Positions 1 through 12,009 of a DNA stretch of 64,000 nt are shown here, one piece after another. The position numbers were made by a program, and so were the translations under genes. How positions within the stretch are numbered: position 1 is the stretch's first letter; every line of letters starts with the position of its first letter. A model generated the notes under the pieces. That model saw nothing but the letters and a program-made list of their open reading frames with translations, had not been told where the DNA came from and did no database searches. The stretch comes from Malacoraja senta. Its lineage: Eukaryota. The stretch lies in NCBI GenBank assembly GCA_038087875.1, contig CM075998.1, forward strand, positions 5,024,001 through 5,088,000, in the 5' to 3' direction.

Positions 1-329
1 AATCGCCCCTGGTTCTCAAATGGGTTTTTACATACAAAATTTACAACCAGATTTACCACTTCTGAGACTTTTTAGATACCAAATGAATCAAGAAAAACAA
101 AACAAATAATGCCTTACCGTTAATGAAATGCAGTGAGCAAACGCGATAATTCCCAATATTTTCAATTCCGATATCTGCACGGCCAATGTTCGCCAATCAC
201 TTTAGCTGTTGTTGTCCCTTCAGCTGTCGCTTCTCTTTACCTTCATTTCTCTTTTGGAATTCTAAAGTTGGGTCCATGTCTCTCACACTTACCCCAACTT
301 CCACAATTTTTTACAGCGAAAAAATTCAA

Positions 330-1516
330 CATTTTGGCGTTTTTTAACAGGTAGGAAAGTACGCGTTTCTAGCATTAATAACATATACCGGAAGTGACGT
401 ATGTCCTCCAGATGGATTAAGCGGCTCCGTGCGTCAAGCCCTATGACCCAGTGACCTTACGTGCAACCCCCCTATAAACATAGTAAACATAAAGTTGATT
501 ACACTGCGAGAGGCATAACTGAAGTGGGTACACAAAAATGCTGGAGAAACTCAGCGGGTGCAGCAGCATCTATGGAGCGAAGGAGATAGGTAACGTTTCG
601 GGACGAAACCCTATCCGAAATGTCCTCATTCTTCAGGGAACGGGGGTTCCCCTCCTCCACCATAGATGAGGCTCGCACCAGGGTCACTGCTATACCCTGC
701 AACACTGCTCTCTCTCCCCATCCCCCCACTCACAACAAGGGCAGAGTCCCCCTAGTCCTCACCTTTCACCCCACCAGCCGTCACATACAACAAGTGATCC
801 TCCGTCAGTTTCGCCACCTCCAACGTGACCCCACCACTCGCCACATCTTCCCATCTCCCCCTATGTCTGCCTTCCGCAAAGACCGCTCCCTCCGTAACTC
901 CCTTGTCAATTCTTCCCTTCCCTCCCGTACCACCCCCTCCCCGGGTACTTTCCCTTGCAACCGCAAGAGATGCAACACTTGTCCCTTCACCTCTCCCCTC
1001 AACTCCATTCAAGGACCTAAGCAGTCGTTCCAGGTGCGACAGAGGTTCACCTGCATCTCCTCCAACCTCATCTATTGCATCCGCTGCTCTAGATGCCAGC
1101 TGATCTACATCCACTACAAACCTACCGACTCCCATGGCTATCTGGACTACACTTCTTCCCGCCCTGCTTCCTGTAAGGACTCCATCCCCCACTCCCAATT
1201 CCTCCGTCTACGCCACATCTGCTCCCAGGATGAGGCGTTCCACACCAGGGCATCTGAAATGTCCTCATTCTTCAGGGAACGGGGGTTCCCCTCCTCCACC
1301 ATAGATGAGGCTCGCACCAGGGTCTCTGCCATACCCCGCAACACTGCTCTCTCTCCCCATCCCCCCACTCACAACAAGGGCAGAGTCCCCCCTAGTCCTC
1401 ACCTTTCACCAAACTCATAACTGAAGTGGGACCGGGTTACTAAAATGGCCGACGTTGCGTTCCGTTGCGTACTACACGTCAGGCCATTTTGTAGGCGTGG
1501 TTTATCTTGCTCCGCT
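330..1516. mobile_element. Non-autonomous hAT-like element (family of 43226-43592), split by the Penelope insertion; left end uncertain
   Basis: GTTGATTACACTGCGAG and CGTTGCGTACTACACGTCAG..TATCTTGCTCCGCT match the copies at 8353-8550 (reverse) and 43226-43592. Confidence 0.65.
529..1415 (+). mobile_element. Rearranged Penelope-like retroelement fragment with 15-bp TSD
   Basis: ORF 620-1420 has PLE RT C-terminal/linker and GIY-YIG-start motifs (CNRKRCNTC, SNLIYCIRCSRC, YKPTDSHGYLDYTS). Inverted terminal piece at 529-612. Flanked by CATAACTGAAGTGGG at 514-528 and 1416-1430. Confidence 0.88.
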
Positions 1517-1551
1517 CAGTGAGGGCCAGTGAGTGGGGGGGGAAGGGCAAG

Positions 1552-2046
1552 ATGGCGTGGCTCAGGTCGGTGTTGCAGTGCTTGGTGGAGCTGCTGGTGC
1601 TGCCGGTGAGCATCCTGCGCTACGCGGGGCTGTGGGACCCGCTGTACAAGCGCTTCTTCCCGCACCTGATGTGCTGCTTCGTGGCCGACATCAACAGGAA
1701 GATGGCGAAGGTGAAGAAGGAGCTGTTCGACGAGTTGCCGGCCTTCGCGGCCGCGGCGCCGCTCCGCGTGCTGGAGGTGGGCTGCGGCACCGGCGCCAAC
1801 TTCCCCTTCTACCCCTGGGGCTGCAAGGTCACCTGCCTCGACCCCAACCCCAACTTCGAGCGCTTCTTGCGCCGCAGCGTCGCCGACAGCGGCCACGTCG
1901 AGCTGGAGAGGTTCTTGCTGGGCAGCGCCGAGGACATGCAGCAAGTGGCGAGCGGCTCGATGGACGCCGTGGTGTGTACACTGGTGTTGTGCAGCGTCCG
2001 CGACATCGACCAGGCCTTGAGCGAGGTCCGCCGTGTGCTCAGACCG
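1552..2046 (+). CDS. METTL7A: METTL7A/TMT1A-like thiol S-methyltransferase, coding exon 1 (165 codons)
   Basis: ATG in aagATGG context. Hydrophobic N-terminus, SAM-binding motif VLEVGCGTGANF, DPNPNFERFL, SMDAVVCTLVLCSV, ending RVLRP followed by donor CCG|GTAAGA (phase 0, the METTL7 intron position). CpG-rich. Paralog A versus B cannot be fixed without a tree. Confidence 0.92.
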
Positions 2047-2064
2047 GTAAGAAATGTAACCCAA

Positions 2065-2335
2065 ACCCAAACCCATTAGGAGCAGACTAGGACATTAGAT
2101 CCAATTTGAGATTCCAGCTGCCAAGATAGATGTGTACAGCAATTCATTCTCCCCCCGCACAATTAAAGCATGGAATAATCTTCACCCTACCATAGTTACC
2201 CAACCAGATGCAACTAAATTTAAGGTAGCTCTTTCTTCCCAAAAACCCTTTCTGGCTTAAGTTCTCCCTCCACCACCTCCAGTTTAAATTCCATTTGGAA
2301 TATTTTGGAGGACCAAGAAACCAAGAACCAAGGGG
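2065..2335 (+). mobile_element. 3' end of a CR1/L2-group LINE
   Basis: Degenerate ..NSFSPRTIKAWNNL C-terminus followed by an (AACCAAG)n tail. Confidence 0.55.
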
Positions 2336-3187
2336 TAGACAAAAAGTGCTGGAGAAATTCAGGGGGTGCAGCAGCATCTATGGAGCGAAGGAAATAGGCA
2401 ACGTTTCAGGACGAACCCCAGAAGGAAATAGGCAACGTTTCGGGACGAAACCCAGAAGGAAATAGGCAACGTTTCAGGACGAACCCCAGAAGGAAATAGG
2501 CAACGTTTCAGGACGAACCCCAGAAGGAAATAGGCAACGTTTCAGGACGAACCCCAGAAGGAAATAGGCAACGTTTCAGGACGAACCCCAGAAGGAAATA
2601 GGCAACGTTTCAGGACGAACCCCAGAAGGAAATAGGCAACGTTTCAGGACGAACCCCGGAAGGAAATAGGCAACGTTTCAGGATGAACCCCAGAAGGAAA
2701 TAGGCAACGTTTCGGGACGAACCCCAGAAGGAAATAGGCAACGTTTCAGGACGAACCCCAGAAGGAAATAGGCAACGTTTCGGGACGAACCCCAGAAGGA
2801 AATAGGCAACGTTTCAGGACGAACCCCAGAAGGAAATAGGCAACGTTTCAGGACGAACCCCGGAAGGAAATAGGCAACGTTTCGGGACGAACCCCAGAAG
2901 GAAATAGGCGACGTTTCAGGACGAACCCCAGAAGGAAATAGGCAACGTTTCGGGACGAACCCCAGAAGGAAATAGGCAACGTTTCAGGACGAACCCCAGA
3001 AGGAAATAGGCGACGTTTCAGGACGAACCCCAGAAGGAAATAGGCAACGTTTCGGTCCGAAACCCGGAAGGGGTTCGTCCCGAAACGTTACCTATTTCCT
3101 TCGCTCCATAGATGCTGCTGCACCCGCTGAGTGTCTCCAGCACTTTAGTCTACCTTCCATTTATCCAGCATCTGCAGTTCCTTCTTA
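2336..3187. repeat. Penelope-terminus fold-back element containing a 34-bp minisatellite (about 20 copies, 2388-3070)
   Basis: Unit GAAGGAAATAGGCAACGTTTCAGGACGAACCCCA. Arms at 2336-2410 and 3070-3155 are inverted copies of each other. Confidence 0.9.
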
Positions 3188-4344
3188 ATCAAGAAATGTA
3201 ACAGCGTGTGTGCTGGACACAGTGTTCTCCAGTAGGCGAGCTGAGGTCGCCCTGCACGGGGTTCAGCTTCAAACTTGTGTGTCACCATTACACAGAGCAA
3301 GAGAAAGACACAAAACGCTGGAGAAAGGGAGAGAGAAAAGTTTCAGGACTGGGTGGGGGATGGTCAAGATTATAAATAATGATCTTCCTTTTTTTTATAT
3401 TAATTTTTTACTCTCTTTTTCCTATTTTCTTTTCTTTAACTTTCTTCTTTCATTCTTTTTCTCTTCTTTCTTTTTCACACACACTATATATCTCGTTTTT
3501 CTATCCTTTATTATCTAATTTCTTTTTCTTATTCTTCTTTATTATAATAAAAAATATATAAGAAGCTGTACATAAAATGTCTTATGTAAATATATATTAG
3601 GCACTTTGCTGCCATATGACTACTCACTTCTAATAAAAATTTAAAAAAAAGGGAGAGTGAAAGTGAAAGAGAGTTAGAGATTCAGCTCTTGAGGCCAGGG
3701 CCTGTGAGAGGAATTTTATCAGTGGGTACAAAGTTTCTTTCCCTTCCCTTCTCCATTAGTCGTCCTGTTTTTATCGACAACGCTACAGTTTTATGCTATG
3801 AGCTGTAGCCTATAAGGCCAAAAGGGGTATGGAAGATGAGAGAGGGGTGGAATGGGGCGCTCTGTTGATTTTCTGCATTTGAGGCCTTATGCCCCTATAC
3901 TCCCTCCATGATGAATATAAATAAATATAAATAAAATAAAAGGATCAGAAAGCACACTTGTTTTGAACATCTTTGTTTATGCTACAATACAGATAAGGAG
4001 AAAGAATTCACATTGAAACATCCTTTTATATTTCAATGCAGATCAGATCATCAGAAGACATATTTATTAGTAAAAAGTTTTTAAAAAGGTAGATAGGCTT
4101 AGTGTTTACTTTAAATAAAGAGTGTTCCTGGCAATGTTTGATTCGATACTTAGCCTGGCCAAATCCACAGGATGTTCCTGAGACATTGTAGACCTTAAAT
4201 AATTCTTAATCAGCTTGAGTTTGCTAAATGACCTCTCTGCAGAAGCTTAAGAAAGAACTACAGATACTGGAAATACGAAGGTAGACGAAAATGCTGGAGA
4301 AACTCAGCGGGTGAGGCAGCATCAATGGAGCGAAGGAATAGATA

Positions 4345-5277
4345 GATAGATAGATAGATATGCCTTTATTGTCATTCAGGCCGAAGTCTGGACGAAATTG
4401 CAGCAGTCATACATATAATACAATAAAAACAACAATAAACACATATTAACATCCACCACAGTGAGTCCACCCAGCATCTCCTCACTGTGATGGAGGCAAA
4501 AGTCTTGGGTCTGCAGTCTCTTCCCTCCTCTTCTCCCTCTGCGCTGAGGCGATACCCCCCGGGCGATGTTATAATCAGTCCCGCGGCTCAAACACGGTCG
4601 AAGCTGCCGCCCACCAGTCCTGCAGACGCAGCCGCTGGCCCGCGGCCGAACCCCGGACTCAGGCCACCACCGCCAGAACACCGTCCCAGCCACCCTCACA
4701 TGAGTACCGTGCCGTCTTCAGCCTCGGGCTGGGCCGCCCCGACATGGGCGCCGAACCTCCCCCGGGCCGGGCCGCCCCGACATGGGCGTCGCTTCTCCCT
4801 CGGGCCGGGCTGCCCCGACTTGGGCGTCGCTTCTCCCTCCGGCCGGGCCGCCCCGACTTGGGCGTCGCTTCTCCCTCCGGCCGGGCCGCCCCAACATGGG
4901 CGTCGCTTCTCCCTCCGGCCGGGCTGCCCCGACTTGGGCGTCGCTTCTCCCTCCGGCCGGGCCGCCCCGACTTGGGCGTCGCTTCTCCCTCGGGCTGCGA
5001 GCGCCGCACCTCCCCGAGCTCGGCCGCTCCAACGGGAGCCTCGTTCCACCCTTGGGCTGGCCGCCCTCACGAGAGCGCCACAACCTCTCACGGGAGCACT
5101 GTTCCAGCCCTGAGCCGGACCACCCTCACGGGAGCGAGCTCGGGGCGAGTCCTGACGGGCTCTGCCTCCGGAGCCTCGAGGTCATCAGCTCCAGTAGGCC
5201 TCAGCGCAGACGGAGGCAGAGAAGGGGAATACGACAAAAAAGTCGCATTCACCCCGCAGGGAGAGACTGCAAACCCC
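4345..5277 (-). mobile_element. GC-rich non-autonomous retroposon with internal 38-bp tandem repeat (about 4725-4995)
   Basis: (GATA)n tail plus tttatt at the left end and a hairpin shared with 21650-22350 and 36560-37240. Unit GGCCGGGCCGCCCCGACTTGGGCGTCGCTTCTCCCTCC. Inserted in a Penelope-terminus repeat with GAATAG on both sides. Confidence 0.6.
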
Positions 5278-6132
5278 GAATAGGCGACGTTTCGGGTCGA
5301 GACCCTTTAGACTGCAAAAGCGACTGTTGCTGGAATTGTTAATCGTATTCTTAAGCTAACACAAACATTTGGAAACCGGTCACCAAGTCTGTACTCTGTT
5401 AACAAGTTCAACAGATCTAATGGCTTTAACTGTGCATTTACAACATTTGCTTTATGTACTGAGGGTAAATTTTGTATTTCTTTTCCAAAATCATCACCGT
5501 TAATGTCAGCAGGATATTGCTCTGATAAAGATAAAGCTTTCCCCTCCATATCACTTTGACATGTGAGATATTTCCACAAGAAATCACGTTTTTCTGCCAA
5601 CTGCCAAACAGCATTGAAGCGGACAGTTATATAACATTGTCTACCAAAACATAAAACGCACACTTTCTGAAGTAGGCCTCTTCTGACGTATCATCTGTGT
5701 CATTCATTTCCTCCAAGTTAGCATCATGCGGCCTTGGCCTCTTGCGCCTAACCACCACATCTGAGGGAGAGTTTTATTTCTATCTTTAGGTTTTTTATGC
5801 AACCGCCTCATTCCACCTAGACTTCCAGTTGTTTCCAACTTTTGTCAGATCTGTGAGGAGAGTTTCTATGTTTGCTCCCTCAACATCCAGTGTGGCATCT
5901 CTAGCGTGGATGACCTTGCTGCAAATATCTATGCCAGCTAATATTTTGTACCACACAGCTGACATTAACACACAGGCAAAAGATGTCACATATAATAAAA
6001 TTCCATTGACTTCATTTCTTGTTTTGTCCGTCAAATTTTGTTCTAGCTGGTCTGCCAGTGCTAATTTAATGCCAGGCAAGTGGGCCGCAAAAGGCTTTAC
6101 ACATATCACACGATCTGACCATCTTGTTTCAG

Positions 6133-6480
6133 ACCTAGATGCAGGAAAAATGTTCCCAATGTGGGGCGAGTCCAGAACCAGGGGCCACAGTCTTAGAATA
6201 AAGGGGAGGCCATTTAAGACTGAGGTGAGAAAAAACTTTTTCACCCAGAGAGTTGTGAATTTGTGGAATTCCCTGCCACAGAGGGCAGTGGAGACCAAGT
6301 CACTGGATGGATTTAAGAGAGAGTTAGATAGAGCTCTAGGGGTTAGTGGAGTCAAGGGATATGGGGAGAAGGCAGGAACGGGGTACTGATTGGGGACGAT
6401 CAGCCATGATCACAATGAATGGCGGTGCTGGCTCGAAGGGCCAAATGGCCTCCTCCTGCACCTATTTTCTATGTTTCTAC
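6133..6480 (+). mobile_element. CR1 LINE 3' fragment
   Basis: GESRTRGHSLRIKG..FFTQRVVNLWNSLP motif plus CR1 3'UTR. Confidence 0.85.
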
Positions 6481-6696
6481 CATGAATAGAACAACCAATA
6501 CGGATCTGTAGTAATTTCCACCGCTTAGGACTGGAACTGAACAGGTGGTACACAGTGTGAATTGTTCCGAAAAGGGTTATTGCTTCAGGTATGCATTCAG
6601 CAGCAGCATTTCCACTCGTGACAACCGCAAGGTGAAAAAATTGCTGTTGAGCATTGTTCTTGTATTTTTCCTTGTGCCCCGTTGTTACCTACATTG

Positions 6697-7230
6697 CACA
6701 CCTGGAGTATTGTGCGCAGGTTTGGTCTCCAAATTTGAGGAAGGACATTCTTGCTATTGAGGGAGTGCAATGTAGGTTCACCAGGTTAATTCCCGGGATG
6801 GCGGGACTGAGAGAATGGAGCGGCTGGGCTTGTATACTCTGGAATTTAGAAGGATGAGAGGGTATCTTATTGAAACGTATAAGATTATTAAGGGTTTGGA
6901 CACGCTAGAGGCAGGAGACGTGTTCCCGATGTTGGGGGAGTCCAGAACCAGGGGCCACAGTTTAAGAATAAGGGGTAAGCCATTTAGAACGGAGATGAGG
7001 AAACACTTTTTCACACAGAGTTGTGAGTCTGTGGAATTCTCTGCCTCAGACCGGTTCACTGGATACTTTCAAGAGAGAGCTAGATAGGGCTCTTAAAGAT
7101 AGCAGAGTCAGGGGATATGGGGAGAAGGCAGGAATGGGGTACTGATTGGGGATGATCAGCCATGATCACATTGAATGGCGGTGCTGGCTCGAAGGGCCGA
7201 ATGGCCTACTCCTGCACCTATTGTCTATTT
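6697..7230 (+). mobile_element. CR1 LINE 3' fragment
   Basis: HLEYCAQVWSP..LGLYTLEFRRMRG..TRGHSL and a ctattgtctatt tail. Confidence 0.85.
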
Positions 7231-8564
7231 GCCGCATTATCGTAGGCTTATCTACAATCACTGAGAGGAATAGCATGTTCTTTCAATGTATCAGTTATCA
7301 ACTGAGCAATTTCTTCCCCTCTTTTGTTGCTACAGTCTGCAAACTTGAGAAATCTTTCTTGAATCTCACACTGCGTTTCTTTTAAAAGTACGTATTTCAA
7401 AAGAAATATTGTTTGTTCAATATGGGAGGAATCTGGTGTGGCATTTATTATTACTGCAACGTACTTTGCATATTGCCTCCCAACTTCTATACTCAATACT
7501 CTGACTGATGAAGGCCAAAGTGCCAAAAGCCTTTTTGACCACCTTATCTACCTGTGACTCCACCTTCAAGGAACCATGCACCTGTACTCCTAGATCCCTC
7601 TGCTCTACAACACTCCCCAGAGCCGTACCATTTGCTGTGTTGTTCCTGCCCACGTTAGACATGTTAGAAAACACGCAGGTTTGTAGGTTAATTGGCTTCA
7701 GTAAAATTGCAAATTGTCCCTTGCGTGTAGGATAGCGTTAGTGTACGGGGATTACTGGTCGGCGTGGGCCGATGGGCCTGTTTCCATGTTGTATCTCTAA
7801 ATTAAACTAATTCCCAAATAATTATATTAGATAATTAGATCCATTATTGATTGCACCAATTCTGATCAATGGTTGCAAAGATAGTTCCAAGGAAATTAGT
7901 AACAAGAAAACAATTTGCCCCATTAAAGTAAGCACAACTCATCGCTGGTGGAGGCTCTAGGTCACAGTAAATATAAGAATCGTCAATAGTGCGTGATATA
8001 GTTCACACCCACAGTTCGAACGAGAAGTTGGCCTCACAGTACGGGTGTCGGGTTATGGGGAGAAGGCAGGAGAATGGCGTTAGGAGGGAGAGATAGATCA
8101 GCCATGATTGGATGGCGGAGTAGAATGGCCTAATTCTACTCCTATCACATGATCTTATGAACAGTGCGTAGCACGCAAAGAACCTCGGTACACGTGACAA
8201 TAAACTAAACTAAGGTTCTTTTCTTGTTTATTGATTATCTTGTTTTCATTGCAAATTAACTCATATCTCCCAAAGATGCAAAGATACAGCGCAGAAACAG
8301 GCCCTTCGGCCCACCGAGTCCACACCGACCAGCGATCCCCGCACACTAACACCAAAGATCCTATAGCGGAGCAAGATAGATCACTCCTGCTAAATGCAAT
8401 GGGCTGACGTGTAGTACGCAACGGAGCGGAACGTGGGCCTTTTTTCCATCCATTTCAGTAACCCGACCCGACCCGACTCGCAGTGTAATCAACGTTGCGG
8501 GGGAACAGTTTGTGTTAATAAATTATAATTCTGAAAATGAGGAGATGATTTGTACCAAATAACC

Positions 8565-8995
8565 TCCTCCATTGTCAGAGTGAGGCTAAATGCAAATTGG
8601 AGGAACAGCATCTCATATTTCGCTTGGGCAGCTTACAGCCCAGTGGTAAGAATATTGATTTCTCTAACCTCAAGTAACCCCTGCATTCCCTCTCTCTCTA
8701 TCCCTCCCCCACCCAAGTTACAACAGATTCTCATTTTCACCCAACAAACAGCTGACAACGGCCTGTTTCCTTTATCATCATGACTTTTTTGCATATCTTT
8801 CATTCATTGTTCTTTATCTCTCCACATCACCGTCTATATCTCTCGTTTCCCTTTTCCCTAACCAGTCTGAAGAAGGGTCTCGACCCGAAATGTCACCCAT
8901 CCCTTCTCTCCAGAGAGGCTGCCTGTCCCGCTGAGTTACTCCAGCATTTTGTGTCCATCTTTGGTTTAAACCAGCATCTGCAGTTCCTTCCAACA
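8565..8995 (+). mobile_element. Penelope-like element 3' end with terminal repeat
   Basis: KLEEQHLIFRLGSLQP-type GIY-YIG C-terminus followed by CTGAAGAAGGGTCTCGACCCGAAATGTC and the terminal repeat. Confidence 0.8.
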
Positions 8996-9291
8996 CATTA
9001 TTTAAATATCATTTTAGAATGAAAATTGGACACTTATGACAACCAGAAGCACATTACTTTTACAGAGACGTTGGGAAAGGCTGGTTTATTGCATGAAGCT
9101 CTCAGATCAAAACCCTTTTCCCTTACGCTCTCCCTATTAAGTGCTTTTTCAGGGCTTGTTGAGCAATGGGGACTGACCTCGGCCAGCCTTAATCTATACT
9201 TAATTACTAAGGAAGGTGGCCGCGTACTGAAGGTGTTGTTAATAATGTAATGTAAAACAGCTATTTTCTCGTTTTAAATTACCCACAGTTA

Positions 9292-9738
9292 AGGGGCTGT
9301 CCCACTTGGGCGACCTAATCCGCGAGTTCTGGCGAGTTTGCCCTCGACTCATACTCGCAGCATGGTCGACACAAGGTTGTAGGAGGTCTCCTTCATGCTC
9401 GAGAGTAGTCCCCGCGTACTCGAGGCCTCAGCTAGGTCGCGGCGTTTTTTCCAACGTTAAAAAATGCCCGCGAGTAAAAAAGGTCACCATGGCAAAAATC
9501 GATATTTTTTTTACTCGTAGGTTTAGTCGTAGTAGGTCGCCATGTTAGTCGTGCGTAATCGAGGGTAGTCGTAGATAGTCTTCATCATAGTCGAAGGAGG
9601 TCGTCTTCACTCTCCGCTATTCGGTGTCCAAGGTAGTCGTAGCTAGTCGAAGCTGGTCTTCAACATAGTCGAAGGAGGTCTTCAACATGACACTTTTTCA
9701 CTCTTCTGAACTCGCCAATTAGGTTGCCCAAGTGGGAC
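9292..9738. mobile_element. PIF/Harbinger-type MITE (right TIR clipped)
   Basis: AGGGGCTGTCCCACTTGGGCGACCTAAT ... ATTAGGTTGCCCAAGTGGGAC, preceded by TTA. Confidence 0.75.
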
Positions 9739-12009
9739 TTTTAGCATCATCAGTCGGCAGTTTAGTGAAGCATCACAAAATGTGCGGAGCCAGACTGGTG
9801 TAAATGAAATAGATGTTACAGAGGGATGCATCTACAGTGTAGACCCAGGCAAAGGGTGGGTGAACAGTGGCAATGCTGTCAAATGGAGCAGCCTTTTCCA
9901 ACAGGCATACATAGAGCTCGACATTCAAATTTTCCACCTATTCTCTGCCAACTCATAAGATCAGTCTTCCTTTAATTGACCAGCATATTGATTTCAAGAA
10001 TGGAAACCATTTACGGATTGCAGCCTCAAAGATGTGAACCTTCATTGTAGCAGCAGGGATAATAGATTGCGTATTCTGTGGCACATCTTCACTTTGCTTC
10101 CTCTGATCAACAATGAATATCCTCCAGCGATGTATCGAATGGCATTCTGAAGAAGTGTCCTGACCCAAAACGTCACCTATCCATGTTCTCCACAGATGCT
10201 GCCTGACCCGCTGAGTTACTCCAGCACTCTGTGAAACGTCACCTATCCATGTTCTCCACAGATGCTGCCTGACCCGCTGAGTTACTCCAGCAGTTGGTGT
10301 CTAAACAGCTATGTATATTTGCAGAACTATGTTCGGACTTTATTCCTTGGAGCGCAGGAGGCTGAGAGGGTGATCTTATGGAGGTGCAATTGATAGGGTG
10401 TGTTTTACACAAGCTAGGGGAATCAAGAACCAGAGGACATAGGTTTAAGGGGAGAGGGGCAAGATTTTATAGGAACCTGAGGGGCATCTTTTCCCACTCA
10501 GAGGGAAGTGGTTGCATCGAACGAGCTACCAGAGGAGGTAGTTGACGAAAGGTTTACAGGGATATGGGCCAAATGAGTATCTTAGATGGGGCATCTTTGT
10601 TAGCATGGATGCGTTGGGCGGAAGGGAAGTTCATAGCTCACTGAAGTTGGCAGCACAAGTAGATAGGGTGGTAAAGAAGGCATCAGGTATGGTATGCTTG
10701 CCTTCATTGCTCGGGGCATTAAGTATATGAGTCAGGAAGTCATGATGCAGCTCTATAGGACCTTGGGTTAGGCCACATTTGGACTATTGAGTGCGTTTCT
10801 GGTCGTCCCATTACAGGAAAGATGTGGAAACTGTGGAGGGTTGTGCAGGAGAGCTTTACCAGAACGCTGCCAGGATGTTGTCTGGATTAAAAGGGTTCAG
10901 CTACAGGGGGAGGTTGGAAGAAGGGTCTCGACCTGAAACGTCACCCATTCCTTCTCTCCAGAGATGCTGCCTGTCCCGCTGAGTTACTCCAGCATTTTGT
11001 GTCTACCTTCGATTTAAGCCAGCGTCTGTAGTTCTTTCCTACGCAGGAGGTTGGACAGACTTGGGTTGTTTTCTCTGGAATGTCAGAGGTTGAGGGGAGA
11101 CCTGATAGAAGTGTATAACATTATGAGAGGCATAGATAGGGTAGACAGTCAGAACCTTTTCCCCAGGGTGGAGATGGCCACTAGAGGGCGCAGCTTTAAG
11201 GTGAGAGGGGGAAAGTTTAAAGGAGATGTGTGGGGCAGGTTTTTTTTACACAGAGGGTGGTGGGTGCCTGGAACGCGCTGCCAGGGGTGGTGGTGGAGGC
11301 AGATACGATAGTGGTGTTTAAGAGGCTTTTAGATAGGCACATGGATATGCAGGGAATGGAGGGATATGGATCACGTGCAGGCAGTGGAGACCAGTTTAAA
11401 TTGGCATCATGTTCGGCACGGACATTGTGGGCCGAAGGGCCTGCTCCTGTTCTATGACTCTCCAACCATGTCAGAAACAATGCGGAAGTCACTCCTTGTT
11501 TCAGTACAAGATGTTTGAAAATGCTGGGAATGTTATTAGTTGCAGCATGAAAATGACAAATCATAATGTGCAAACAAAGGGTTTCACACAGAGGGTGGTG
11601 GGTGTATGGAACAAGCTGCCAGAGGAGGTAGTTGAGGCTGGGACTATCCCAACATTTAACAAACAGTTAGACAGGTACATGGATAGGACAGGTTTGGAGG
11701 GATATGGACCAAATACAGGCAGGTGGGACTAGTGTAGCTGGGACATGTTGGCCGGTGTGGGCAAGTTGGGCTGAAGGGTCTGTTTCCACACTGTATCACT
11801 CTGTGATTCTAACTGCTGAACCAAGCGAAGACATAACATCACCTAATCTCTCTTCACCTATGTAGCTTAAAAGGTACACAGGAGTTTGGCAGAATAATTC
11901 ATTGATGCAAGCCGTCCTGTCTTCCAATGTAGTGAATGTTGCCATGGGGGGTAATCTACTTAATAATTAAAATCAACGAGTCTATCTATCATTGACGTCT
12001 CGTCTTGTG

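Larger units (their letters stand above)
5307..7475 (-). pseudogene. Decayed hAT-superfamily transposase (ZMYM1-like type), interrupted by two CR1 3' fragments
   Basis: Minus-strand pieces: IINATPDSSHIEQ..IQERFLKFADC (7250-7470), SETRWSDRV (about 6110) and hAT dimerisation-like FPNVCVSLRIRLTIPATVA (5307-5400). Stops and frameshifts lie between them. Confidence 0.8.

Noticed and set aside
2388..3070. CRISPR-like appearance of the 34-bp and 66-bp arrays
   Set aside because: The units are contiguous with no unique spacers, there are no cas genes, the context is vertebrate, and the units derive from Penelope termini.
4376..5342. Cluster of overlapping 107-208 aa Pro/Arg/Gly-rich ORFs
   Set aside because: These are by-products of a stop-poor GC-rich 38-bp tandem repeat and are open on both strands.
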